In this document: positions 21,630 to 33,313 of the stretch, piece by piece | How positions within the stretch are numbered: the stretch's first letter is position 1 | Layout: every line of letters begins with the position of its first letter | Source: Nemertoderma westbladi | Taxonomy: Eukaryota > Animalia > Xenacoelomorpha | Assembly: GCA_032718475.1 (NCBI GenBank) | Contig: JAUCBJ010000175.1 | Coordinates: 1-41,060, forward strand | Reading direction: 5' to 3' | Length of the DNA: 41,060 nt | Notes under the pieces: generated by a model | The model's database searches: none | The model's input: only the letters and a program-made list of their open reading frames with translations | Told to the model about the DNA's origin: nothing | Made by a program: the position numbers and the translations under genes

Positions 21630-24600
21630 CAGCGGGGAGTACCGGACCTGGTAGGAGAATGGCAGCGGGAAGTACCGGACCTGGTAGGAGAATGGCAGCA
21701 GGAAGTACCGGACCTGGTAAGAGAATGGCAGCGGGAAGTAACGGACCTGGTAGGAGAATGGCAGCGGGGAGTACCGGACCTGGTAGGAGAATGGCAACGG
21801 GGAGTACCGGACATGGTAGGAGAATGGCAGTGGGAAGTACCGGACCTGGTAGGAGAATGGCAGCGGGGAGTACCGGACCTGGTAGGAGAATGACAGCGGG
21901 GAGTACCGGACCTGGTAGGAGAATGGCAGCGGGGAGTACCGGACATGGTAGGAGAATGGCAGCAGGGAGTACCGGACATGGTAGGAGAATGGCAGCGGGG
22001 AGTACCGGACATGGTAGGAGAATGGCAGCGGGGAGTACCGGACATGGTAGGAGAATGGTAGCGGGGAGTACCGGACATGGTAGGAGAATGGCAGCGGGGA
22101 GTACCGGACATGGTAGGAGAATGGCAGCGGGGAGTACCGGACATGGTAGGAGAATGGCAGCGGGGAGTACCGGACCTGGTAGGAGAATGGCAGCGGGGAG
22201 TACCGGACATGGTAGGAGAATGGCAGCGGGGAGTACCGGACATGGTAGGAGAATGGCAGCGGGGAGTACCGGACCTGGTAGGAGAATGGCACCGGTGAGT
22301 ACCGGACATGGTAGGAGAATGGCAGCGGGGATTACCGGACATGGTAGGAGAATGGCAGCGGGAAGTACTGGACATGGTAGGAGAATGGCAGCGGGCAGTA
22401 CCGGACCTGGTAGGAGAATGGCAGCGGGAAGTAACGGACCTGGTATGAGAATGGCAGTGGGGAGTACCGGACATGGTAGGAGAATGGCAGCGGGGAGTAC
22501 CGGACCTGGTAGGAGAATGGCAGCGGGGAGTACCGGACCTGGTAGGAGAATGGCAGCGGGGAGTACCGGACCTGGTAGGAGAATGGCAGCGGGAAGTAAC
22601 GGACCTGGTAGGAGAATGGCAGCGGGAAGTAACGGACCTGGTAGGAGAATGGCAGCAGGAAGTAACGGACCTGGTAGGAGAATGGCAGCGGGGAGTACCG
22701 GACATGGTAGGAGAATGGCAGCGGGGAGTACCGGACCTGGTAGGAGAATGGCAGCGGGAAGTAACGGACCTGGTAGGAGAATGGCAGCGGGAAGTAACGG
22801 ACCTGGTAGGAGAATGGCAGCGGGGAGTACCGGACATGGTAGGAGAATGGCAGCGGGGAGTACCGGACCTGGTAGGAGAATGGCAGCGGGGAGTACCGGA
22901 CATGGTAGGAGAATGGCAGCGGGGAGTACCGGACCTGGTAGGAGAATGGCAGCGGGAAGTACCGGACCTGGTAGGAGAATGGCAGCGGGGAGTACCGGAC
23001 CTGGTAGGAGAATGGCAGTGGGAAGTACCGGACATGGTAGGAGAATGGCAGCGGGGAGTACCGGACATGGTAGGAGAATGGCAGCGGGGAGTACCGGACC
23101 TGGTAGGAGAATGGCAGCGGGGAGTACCGGACATGGTAGGAGAATGGCAGCGGGGAGTACCGGACCTGGTAGGAGAATGGCAGCGGGGAGTACCGGACAT
23201 GGTAGGAGAATGGCTGCGGGGAGTACCGGACCTGGTAGGAGAATGGCAGCGGGAAGTAACGGACCTGGTAGGAGAATGGCAGCGGGGAGTACCGGACATG
23301 GTAGGAGAATGGCAGCAGGGAGTACCGGACCTGGTAGGAGAATGGCAGCGGGGAGTACCGGACATGGTAGGAGAATGGCTGCGGGGAGTACCGGACCTGG
23401 TAGGAGAATGGCAGCGGGAAGTAACGGACCTGGTAGGAGAATGGCAGCGGGGAGTACCGGACATGGTAGGAGAATGGCAGCAGGGAGTACCGGACCTGGT
23501 AGGAGAATGGCAGCGGGGAGTACCGGACATGGTAGGAGAATGGCAGTGGGAAGTACCGGACATGGTAGGAGAATGGCAGCGGGAAGTACCGGACCTGGTA
23601 GGAGAATGGCAGTGGGAAGTACCGGACATGGTAGGAGAATGGCAGTGGGAAGTACCGGACATGGTAGGAGAATGGCAGTGGGAAGTACCGGACATGGTAG
23701 GAGAATGGCAGTGGGAAGTACCGGACATGGTAGGACAATGGCAGTGGGAAGTACCGGACATGGTAGGAGAATGGCAGTGGGGAGTACCGGACATGGTAGG
23801 AGAATGGCAGCGGGGAGTACCGGACATGGTAGGAGAATGGCAGCGGGAAGTACCGGACATGGTAGGAGAATGGCAGTGGGGAGTACCGGACCTGGTAGGA
23901 GAATGGCAGCGGGGAGTACCGGACATGGTAGGAGAATGGCAGCGGGGAGTACCGGACATGGTAGGAGAATGGCAGCGGGGAGTACCGGTCATGGTAGGAG
24001 AATGGCAGCGGGGAGTACCGGACATGGTAGGAGAATGGCAGCGGGGAGTACTGGACATGGTAGGAGAATGGCAGCGGGGAGTACCGGACATGGTAGGAGA
24101 ATGGCAGCGGGGAGTACCGGACATGGTAGGAGAATGGCAGCGGGGAGTACCGGACATGGTAGGAGAATGGCAGCGGGGAGTACCGGACATGGTAGGAGAA
24201 TGGCAGCGGGGAGTACCGGACATGGTAGGAGAATGGCACCGGGGAGTACCGGACATGGTAGGAGAATGGCAGCGGGGAGTACCGGACATGGTAGGAGAAT
24301 GGCAGCGGGGAGTACCGGACATGTAGGAGAATGCAGCGGGGAGTACCGGACATGGTAGGAGAATGGCAGCGGGGAGTACTGGACCTGGTAGGAGGATGGC
24401 AGCGGGGAGTACCGGACATGGTAGGAGAATGGCAGCGGGGAGTACCGGACATGGTAGGAGAATGGCAGCGGGGAGTACCGGACCTGGTAGGAGAATGGCA
24501 GCGGGAAGTAACGGACCTGGTAGGAGAATGGCAGCGGGGAGTACCGGACATGGTAGGAGAATGGCAGCGGGGAGTACCGGACCTGGTAGGAGAATGGCAG

Positions 24601-27600
24601 CGGGAAGTAACGGACCTGGTAGGAGAATGGCAGCGGGGAGTACCGGACATGGTAGGAGAATGGCAGCGGGGAGTACCGGACCTGGTAGGAGAATGGCAGC
24701 GGGAAGTAACGGACCTGGTAGGAGAATGGCAGCGGGGAGTACCGGACATGGTAGGAGAATGGCAGCGGGGAGTACCGGACCTGGTAGGAGAATGGCAGCG
24801 GGGAGTACCGGACATGGTAGGAGAATGGCAGCGGGGAGTACCGGACCTGGTAGGAGAATGGCAGCGGGTAGTACCGGACCTGTTAGGAGAATGGCAGCGG
24901 GAAGTAACGGACCTGGTAGGAGAATGGCAGCGGGGAGTACCGGACATGGTAGGAGAATGGCAGCGGGGAGTACCGGACCTGGTAGGAGAATGGCAGCGGG
25001 GAGTACCGGACATGGTAGGAGAATGGCAGCGGGGAGTACCGGACATGGTAGGAGAATGGCAGCGGGGAGTACCGGACATGGTAGGAGAATGGCAGCGGGG
25101 AGTACCGGACATGTAGGAGAATGGCAGCGGGGAGTACCGGACATGGTAGGAGAATGGCAGCGGGGAGTACTGGACCTGGTAGGAGGATGGCAGCGGGGAG
25201 TACCGGACATGGTAGGAGAATGGCAGCGGGGAGTACCGGACATGGTAGGAGAATGGCAGCGGGGAGTACCGGACCTGGTAGGAGAATGGCAGCGGGAAGT
25301 AACGGACCTGGTAGGAGAATGGCAGCGGGGAGTACCGGACATGGTAGGAGAATGGCAGCGGGGAGTACCGGACCTGGTAGGAGAATGGCAGCGGGAAGTA
25401 ACGGACCTGGTAGGAGAATGGCAGCGGGGAGTACCGGACATGGTAGGAGAATGGCAGCGGGGAGTACCGGACCTGGTAGGAGAATGGCAGCGGGAAATAA
25501 CGGACCTGGTAGGAGAATGGCAGCGGGGAGTACCGGACATGGTAGGAGAATGGCAGCGGGGAGTACCGGACCTGGTAGGAGAATGGCAGCGGGGAGTACC
25601 GGACATGGTAGGAGAATGGCAGCGGGGAGTACCGGACCTGGTAGGAGAATGGCAGCGGGGAGTACCGGACCTGGTAGGAGAATGGCAGCGGGAAGTAACG
25701 GACCTGGTAGGAGAATGGCAGCGGGGAGTACCGGACCTGGTAGGAGAATGGCAGCGGGGAGTACTGGACCTGGTAGGAGAATGGCAGCGGGGAGTACCGG
25801 ACATGGTAGGAGAATGGCAGCGGGGAGTACCGGACATGGTAGGAGAATGGCAGCGGGGAGTACCGGACCTGGTAGGAGAATGGCAGCGGGGAGTACCGGA
25901 CCTGGTAGGAGAATGGCAGCGGGGAGTACCGGACATGGTAGGAGAATGGCAGCGGGGAGTACCGGACATGGTAGGAGAATGGCAGCGGGGAGTACCGGAC
26001 CTGGTAGGAGAATGGCAGCGGGGAGTACCGGACATGGTAGGAGAATGGCAGCGGGGAGTACCGGACATGGTAGGAGAATGGCAGTGGGGAGTACCGGACC
26101 TGGTAGGAGAATGGCAGCGGGGAGTACCGGACATGGTAGGAGAATGGCAGCGGGGAGTACCGGACCTGGTAGGAGATTGGCAGCGGGTAGTACCGGACCT
26201 GTTAGGAGAATGGCAGCGGGAAGTAACGGACCTGGTAGGAGAATGGCAGCGGGGAGTACCGGACCTGGTAGGAGAATGGCAGCGGGAAGTAACGGACCTG
26301 GTAGGAGAATGGCAGCGGGGAGTACCGGACATGGTAGGAGAATGGCAGCAAGGAGTACCGGACCTGGTAGGAGAATGGCAGCGGGGAGTACCGGACCTGG
26401 TAGGAGAATGGCACCGGTGAGTACCGGACCTGGTAGGAGAATGGCAGCGGGGAGTACCGGACCTGGTAGGAGAATGGCAGCGGGAAGTAACGGACCTGGT
26501 AGGAGAATGGCAGCAGGGAGTACCGGACCTGGTAGGAGAATGGCAGCGGGGAGTACCGGACCTGGTAGGAGAATGGCAGCGGGAAGTAACGGACCTGGTA
26601 GGAGAATGGCAGCGGGGAGTACCGGACATGGTAGGAGAATGGCAGCAGGGAGTACCGGACCTGGTAGGAGAATGACAGTGGGGAGTACCGGACCTGGTAG
26701 GAGAATGGCAGCGGGAAGTAACGGACCTGGTAGGAGAATGGCAGCAGGGAGTACCGGACCTGGTAGGAGAATGGCAGCGGGGAGTACCGGACCTGGTAGG
26801 ATAATGGCAGCGGGAAGTACCGGACCTGGTAGGAGAATGGCAGCGGGAAGTAACGGACCTGGTAGGAGAATGGCAGCGGGGAGTACCGGACATGGTAGGA
26901 GAATGGCAGCAGGGAGTACCGGACCTGGTAGGAGAATGGCAGCGGGGAGTACCGGACCTGGTAGGAGAATGGCAGCAGGGAGTACCGGACCTGGTAGGAG
27001 AATGGCAGCGGGGAGTACCGGACATGGTAGGAGAATGGCAGCGGGGAGTACCGGACATGGTAGGAGAATGGCAGTGGGAAGTACCAGACCTGGTAGGAGA
27101 ATGGCAGTGGGAAGTACCGGACATGGTAGGAGAATGGCAGCGGGGAGTACCGGACATGGTAGGATAATGGCAGCGGGAAGTACTGGACCTGGTAGGAGAA
27201 TGGCAGCGGGGAGTACCGGACATGGTAGGAGAATGGCAGCGGGGAGTACCGGACCTGGTAGGAGAATGGCAGCGGGGAGTACCGGACCTGGTAGGAGAAT
27301 GGCAGTGGGGAGTACCGGACCTGGTAGGAGAATGGCAGCGGGAAGTACCGGACCTGGTAGGAGAATGGCAGCGGGGAGTACCGGACCTGGTAGGAGAATG
27401 GCAGCGGGAAGTACCGGACATGGTAGGAGAATGGCAGTGGGAAGTAACGGACATGGTAGGAGAATGGCAGCGGGGAGTACCGGACCTGGTAGGAGAATGG
27501 CAGCGGGGAGTACCGGACCTGGTAGGAGAATGGCAGCGGGGAGTACTGGACCTGGTAGGAGAATGGCAGCGGGAAGTAACGGACATGGTAGGAGAATGGC

Positions 27601-27987
27601 AGCGGGAAGTAACGGACCTGGTAGGAGAATGGCAGCAGGGAGTACCGGACCTGGTAGGAGAATGGCAGCGGGGAGTACCGGACATGGTAGGAGAATGGCA
27701 GCGGGGAGTACCGGACATGGTAGGAGAATGGCAGCGGGGAGTACCGGACCTGGTAGGAGAATGGCAGCGGGAGTACCGGACATGGTAGGAGAATGGCAGC
27801 GGGGAGTACCGGACATGGTAGGAGAATGGCAGCGGGGAGTACCGGACCTGGTAGGAGAATGGCAGCAGGGAGTACCGGACCTGGTAGGAGGATGGCAGCG
27901 GGGAGTACCGGACCTGGTAGGAGAATGGCAGCGGGGAGTACCGGACCTGGTAGGAGAATGGCAGCGGGAAGTAACGGACCTGGTAGG
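21630..27987. repeat. 33-bp minisatellite (ggcagcggggagtaccggac[c/a]tggtaggagaat), about 193 units
   Basis: Directly visible homogeneous array; single-G deletions near 24323, 24333, 25113 and 27770. Confidence 0.98.
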
Positions 27988-28890
27988 CCTAGGTACATTC
28001 TTCTCCACGATCTGGACACTATCGACAATTTTAATGAAGATGGTGACGCTCGGTTTGCTCACAGAGCTTAAGAAGTCTAAGGATTCATTGATATCACTGG
28101 TGTATTATATTTTTTTTTCAAATATATCACTCAAATGGAAAACGTTCTTTTCCACTCATTATTTCTTTAGCGAAATTCAGATATTCTGCCCTCTTGTATT
28201 GAGTTCTGAACTCGTTGGCATTCTAGCACTCGCTTCGCTTGCGTTAAAAACTTGCCTATCTCGTGTAAAATTTTGAATTAAGTTTAATTTCACAGAACTG
28301 AAAATTAGAGAAAAAAAGCTGAATTTCATTTATTTGTTTTAATAGAATAATATTACTTTATTAAATGAAGAATTTCTTGACTTATTTTTCTCTGAGTGGG
28401 TTAAACAAGTTTTCCAAATCTCAAGTGTATTTAATGTCATAAATTGACACAGAAGCATTTAAACGTGTTAAACATCAACTAATAATTATTTATCAACCCA
28501 TCTGCAGCAGTCACCATGTTGTCTAAATCATCAATGTCTTCAAATTGCATTTCAACTGTACAATTAGTTACGACTTTGAATAAAAGTTAATAATTGCTAT
28601 TGTAATTATAACCGGTGGTTACGCGATTTTAACGTGATTGACACTTTCTTAGTTTTATTGTCCCTTTAGAAAACGTAAATAAGCTAATGTTTTAACAAAA
28701 GCTTACGCTGCGAACTTATACTATGTTAGATTTATAAGACTTGAAGTATATAGATACACTCTACTATAAAACAAGCGGTGTAAATCAAACAATGTTTAAA
28801 GTTTCAAACGACATTTTTCTGTGAACAGTTATTGTTTTATACAGTCGTGTTTATCTTTTATAAACAATAAAGATTCAACTAGCGCTATTT

Positions 28891-29532
28891 TTATAGGCGC
28901 TTGTAAACACCGATAAGTGCTTTACAATGTGAACATCTGTGCACTGCATCCTTACCGAAGTCGAAACACAAACAGAAAAGCGCGAAACACATAATCACGA
29001 AACAGAATAGGAATGTCATCAACCATGCGAAGGATCCAGCCTCGAAGACAACATCTGTCTGCCCGTAGACGCCGCAGGTGGGGCAGGTCACGCAGATAGG
29101 ACGCGGGCCCAGTACGCCGCTCGCTGATAGCTGTGGTGGGTGGGAGCTAACCGCGCGGTGCTGCACCACAATGGGCTGGGACCCACCCATGGGCGGCTGA
29201 CCACCGGCTGTTGGGTTTTGGGTGTAACTCGGTTGGTATGCCACAGAGAGTGAGGGTTGGGTGGGGTATCCTTGAGAGGGCTGTGGGCCGCTGTAGCTAT
29301 CGCGATGTACTGGGATTGTTTGGATAAGGGGGGCACATGGTTGGGCGGAGGGAGCAGCTGCTTGGGTGGTGGGCGCATATGGTTGGGGGTTAGGCGCGGA
29401 CGGGGTTTGTAGTTGGGGGTGCAGGGCTGGGTAGATTTGAGATTGTGATTTAGGGGGGTATCCCCCTTCACTGAATTGTGATTGGCTAACCGCGTGATAG
29501 CCGCTCAACGTTGATTGGTAGTTGTTGTCCAT
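28891..29532 (-). CDS. LITAF-domain (LITAF/CDIP1-like) protein, 213 aa, intronless CDS
   Basis: Pro/Gln/Tyr-rich N-terminus, then CPTC ... hydrophobic Cys-rich segment ... KDAVHRCSHCKALIGVYKRL (CxxC / HxCxxC LITAF signature). ATG at 29532; the track starts one TTG codon earlier. Confidence 0.92.
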   Translation of the reverse strand: MDNNYQSTLSGYHAVSQSQFSEGGYPPKSQSQIYPALHPQLQTPSAPNPQPYAPTTQAAAPSAQPCAPLIQTIPVHRDSYSGPQPSQGYPTQPSLSVAYQPSYTQNPTAGGQPPMGGSQPIVVQHRAVSSHPPQLSASGVLGPRPICVTCPTCGVYGQTDVVFEAGSFAWLMTFLFCFVIMCFALFCLCFDFGKDAVHRCSHCKALIGVYKRL

Positions 29533-30423
29533 CAACAGATAGTTTTCTTCAGAAGTCGTATATAAATAACGAAAATTTACGTACGCATTTCCTGTATGGC
29601 GGCAATTAATGATTTATGTGTAATCTTGTAATGTTTATCTGCAGTATCTATTTATCAACGTAGTTGTTTTTTCATATCATAACACTATACAAATAACAAC
29701 TAAGCAAATTAACTTGTGTATATTTGTAAATTTTATAAACTGGCCAACATTTTGGTGATTGGTATTATTATACAGTAATTTATTACATAATCCCTTAGTG
29801 TTAAATTAAACTACTGTATTCCCAATTATAGCCAAGTTGTTTTAGGCATTATGAGTCTGTTTTAGAATTAACAACACCATTTGTGTCGGGCGCATTTACG
29901 TGAATTCCGCAACATTACTGGAACTAAACTTAGAGGCCAACATGTGCAATTATTACCCAATTATTATTTAATGAGTGACATTTCGCGCCTTGCTAAATAC
30001 AGAAATATTCAAGGACTTGGTAAATGATTACTTTACATCACGCGACTCTATTTGTTTACTTTTTATCGCGGGAAATAGTCTCTCTTGTCTTGACTTAAAC
30101 ACTGATTAGTAAAGTATTATTAACAGTCGCTATGTCTATAATAGCCAAAAAAGAGCCTCCCATTGTAATCTTATGAAGTTTTAGATAATAAAGTCATGTA
30201 GTATATAATTATTATTCGTGTTAGCTCAGTCGCGGGGATTGTTAACAAATTAATAATTAGATCGTTGAATTGAAAGGTTTAGTTGACAAACTCATGCAAG
30301 GTTCCCTCAAAGGGTGCCATAGTTATAGGCCTACCCAATCCTACTTCCGGAATCCTACTGGAGTCGTCCGATAATAACAAACTGTCCCATAAAGAGGTAT
30401 ACCAGTGATATAAAGTTAATATG

Positions 30424-30535
30424 TAGCTTCAAATCTTTAAGGTGTGTGTAAAACTGGATCTTTTACTAGTCACTACTACTACACGGTCACTAGTAAAAGA
30501 TCCAGTTTTACACACACCTTAAAGATTTGAAGCTA
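30424..30535. repeat. Perfect 47-bp inverted repeat with 18-nt spacer
   Basis: 30424-30470 is the exact reverse complement of 30489-30535. Confidence 0.95.
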
Positions 30536-31971
30536 TGATACCTCCAGTGACCAGGGCGCGCACCAGTTTTCGTAAAGTTAATATGTGTAATATGTATCCA
30601 CTACTGATCGAATGATAAGAAACTATCTAATGGTTCGCTGCAACTATTAATAATCCTATAGGGCATATTCATTTGGTGAAATCTGAATGTAAAAACTGGC
30701 CAAATGTTACTTTATCAGACTACACTGCAACATCAGGGATTCACACAAACCTGCAGTGTTGTACTGTAGACAGAGTTTATCTATACGTCTCGAAATAATA
30801 GCATCGACAACATCGTTCCAAATTATTGCAAATATGATCACGTCCGACAAAATTTAATGTAACCTTCTTTCATGTTACGATACTTATCATAAAATGGCTG
30901 TATAGGTATTCGCAATTCGTCCCGGCTGTTACTTGGGCCTTTTGACTAGGATGTCAGGAAATTTCCGAATCATTTTTCCGGAAATTTCCTATTTAATATT
31001 AATTTAATACTAATTTCCCATTATTAACTATTTATTAATCTCGGAAATAAATACATTTTCAATTTTAATCTCTTACAATTTAATATCTTTACACAATATT
31101 CTGATTACACCAGACATAGGAAAACAGAAGTAGAGTAAACACAAGAAACAAGTGATTCCTGCCTAGTGGTGTTGAAATGGTTCAGTGTCTTGGATCCTGT
31201 GATCGTAAATACGGGTCAAGTATAATTTTCCGGAAGTTTCCTTGACAAACATATTTCCGGAAAACTCACATACCTAGTTTAGTTAGACCATTTAGCTGAT
31301 CTTGGTTAAGCGGTTCACCCAATCTTTGTAACGAGTGTGTATGTGGGGAATTATGAATTTATAAAACTTAAATTTCGCAACCATGTAGCCCTACGTCAAT
31401 ATTCAGGAAAAGTAACAGATGTCCCAGAAACAAATTATGAAACTTTCGCCAGGGATCTTTACGATTTTGTTAGATAGGATATACTGGTTATCAGGAAGAC
31501 TGAATCAAATTGTAACTACTTTCAATGTGTGACATTTTGGGAGGCAAAAAAAATTTAGGGCGTGGAACATTATAATTGTACATAATATTGCTGTTTATTG
31601 TGTTGCTTTTAACATATTCTTGGGGTTGTAATGGATGCCAATCGAATACCCGAAAATTTTGCGCAAAAATTCAGCCGATATAAACTTGATCACTCGCCGA
31701 TCAAATGGCCACGGTAACAATCTGCAAATCCACGGTAAAAATACGCGGTAACAATATGTTATTATTGATAGTATAATAACGCAAATACCACGGTTTCTAT
31801 TGTATATATGTATTTTCGATTTATGATTGTCATGGAACGAAAAATTGAAAATTATTTAATAGGCAGCTATACCGTTTGTTTATTGTAAATAGCAAAATAT
31901 TTATTTTACACATATTGATTATTATTTTCAATGAGAATAAATTACAAAATAACAAGATTTAGAAAATGTTA

Positions 31972-33135
31972 TCAATTGTTTTTATCCGACATTTCTGGAG
32001 GTTGTCTGTGTTTGAGAGAATATGTCTGACACGGTGCTTCGCCTGGCTCGTAGACGCTGCCGGGAAGACCCGGAACAGAGGACAACGGGACTGTGACTAC
32101 CTTCTGAGTCAGCGTAGAGATGGGGGGTAACGTCATCGACTGAGTCGGACGCACTGTCTGTTTGCGTTGTCCCCCGACAAGGGGGCGCCCCCCACTGCCC
32201 CCCGCGGGTTTACCCGTTGCCACCTGCACTGCCACAGCTCTCCGCGCGCCACTCGCCTGCGCCACATAAACCGGATTGCCACCACTCGGTTTACCCCCTG
32301 TCGCCAGTTGCTGCTGCAGCATATAGCCTTCCGGTAGTTGCCGCGAACTCGCTACTTTTTGCTTGGCCAGCAGATGTTGCCGCTGAAATAAGGCCATTTG
32401 TTGGGCCGGAGTGAGTGTAACGGCCATCGAGGATACGGCGGTATTGGGCGGCGCGGCGCCTCCTGGTAGACCCACGTGTTGCGGCATTAGGTGGACACCA
32501 CTGACGGAAAGACCCAACGGGTTTCCAGAGTGACCCACCGGGTTCCCTGTCTGGCCGAATTGACCACCGGAAGGACCAGACTCCGCGCTATAGGACCCAG
32601 TTGCCGTGGCAACTGGGTCCGCCTTGGACAACATAAACTGATTCCCGAATCCAACATCGGCGGCGGAATCGGCCCGGAAGCTGGGAATCATCGATGACGT
32701 CATATCCGGTACACTGACGACCATAGAATGCGTAGACGACATTAGAGTGTTCTTATAGGCAGATTGTTGGGTTGGCGCGGTAATGAGTTCGGTTGAGGTG
32801 GCCACTGATTGGTTGGTTTGCTTCTTGGGGCCGCCGCGTTGGCGCCGCGGTTTGGCCGTCTGCGGCGCGCCACGCTGGTTGCGCAGATACGCGGTTAGTT
32901 GAGTCTGGGTGACGCCCTTCATGGTCACTATGTGCGGGACCCTGGGGGCTGAGGCGGGTAGACGGGTTAGTTGGGAGGTGGGGGCCGCCCCCAGGATGGC
33001 GGGGGGCGCCGCAGGGGGAACGGTGGACAGTAGGAGTTGTGGGGCGGGGGGCTGCGTGGTGGGGGGCACCATCAGGTCGAGGGATGGGGGGAGGTAGACC
33101 GGGGGGGCTGGTTGCTGGGAGACCAGGGGTGGCAC
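31972..33135 (-). CDS. EP400: Terminal coding exon (P/Q/G/T-rich low-complexity tail) of probable EP400/Domino gene
   Basis: 1164-bp open frame, GC-rich vs flanks; acceptor tttttctctccag|GTG at 33136, phase 0, matching the phase-0 donor at 40407; AATAAA signals on the minus strand just past the stop. Gene name rests on the upstream exon. Confidence 0.65.
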   Translation of the reverse strand: MPPLVSQQPAPPVYLPPSLDLMVPPTTQPPAPQLLLSTVPPAAPPAILGAAPTSQLTRLPASAPRVPHIVTMKGVTQTQLTAYLRNQRGAPQTAKPRRQRGGPKKQTNQSVATSTELITAPTQQSAYKNTLMSSTHSMVVSVPDMTSSMIPSFRADSAADVGFGNQFMLSKADPVATATGSYSAESGPSGGQFGQTGNPVGHSGNPLGLSVSGVHLMPQHVGLPGGAAPPNTAVSSMAVTLTPAQQMALFQRQHLLAKQKVASSRQLPEGYMLQQQLATGGKPSGGNPVYVAQASGARRAVAVQVATGKPAGGSGGRPLVGGQRKQTVRPTQSMTLPPISTLTQKVVTVPLSSVPGLPGSVYEPGEAPCQTYSLKHRQPPEMSDKNN

Positions 33136-33313
33136 CTGGAGAGAAAAACAAATATTTAAATGTTTAAATAATAAAGTTTTAAAGTATTTGGCTGAAAAGG
33201 ATGAAAATGTAGGATGAAAACTTTAAAATAATATATTGAATGGGAGAATTTTTTAGGCCAATTAAGCCAGTGTATGCCTATACACCAGTAAACAGCAAAC
33301 AACTATGTATTCA

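Noticed and set aside
21564-28062. Giant minus-strand and alternative-frame ORFs (up to 2032 aa)
   Set aside because: Stop-free by-products of a 33-bp unit; only the MAAGSTGPGRR frame has any flanking support and it is listed as a hypothesis, not a CDS.
30947-31275. Possible hAT-like MITE with ttccggaaa motifs
   Set aside because: Ends match only loosely and no 8-bp TSD was found.
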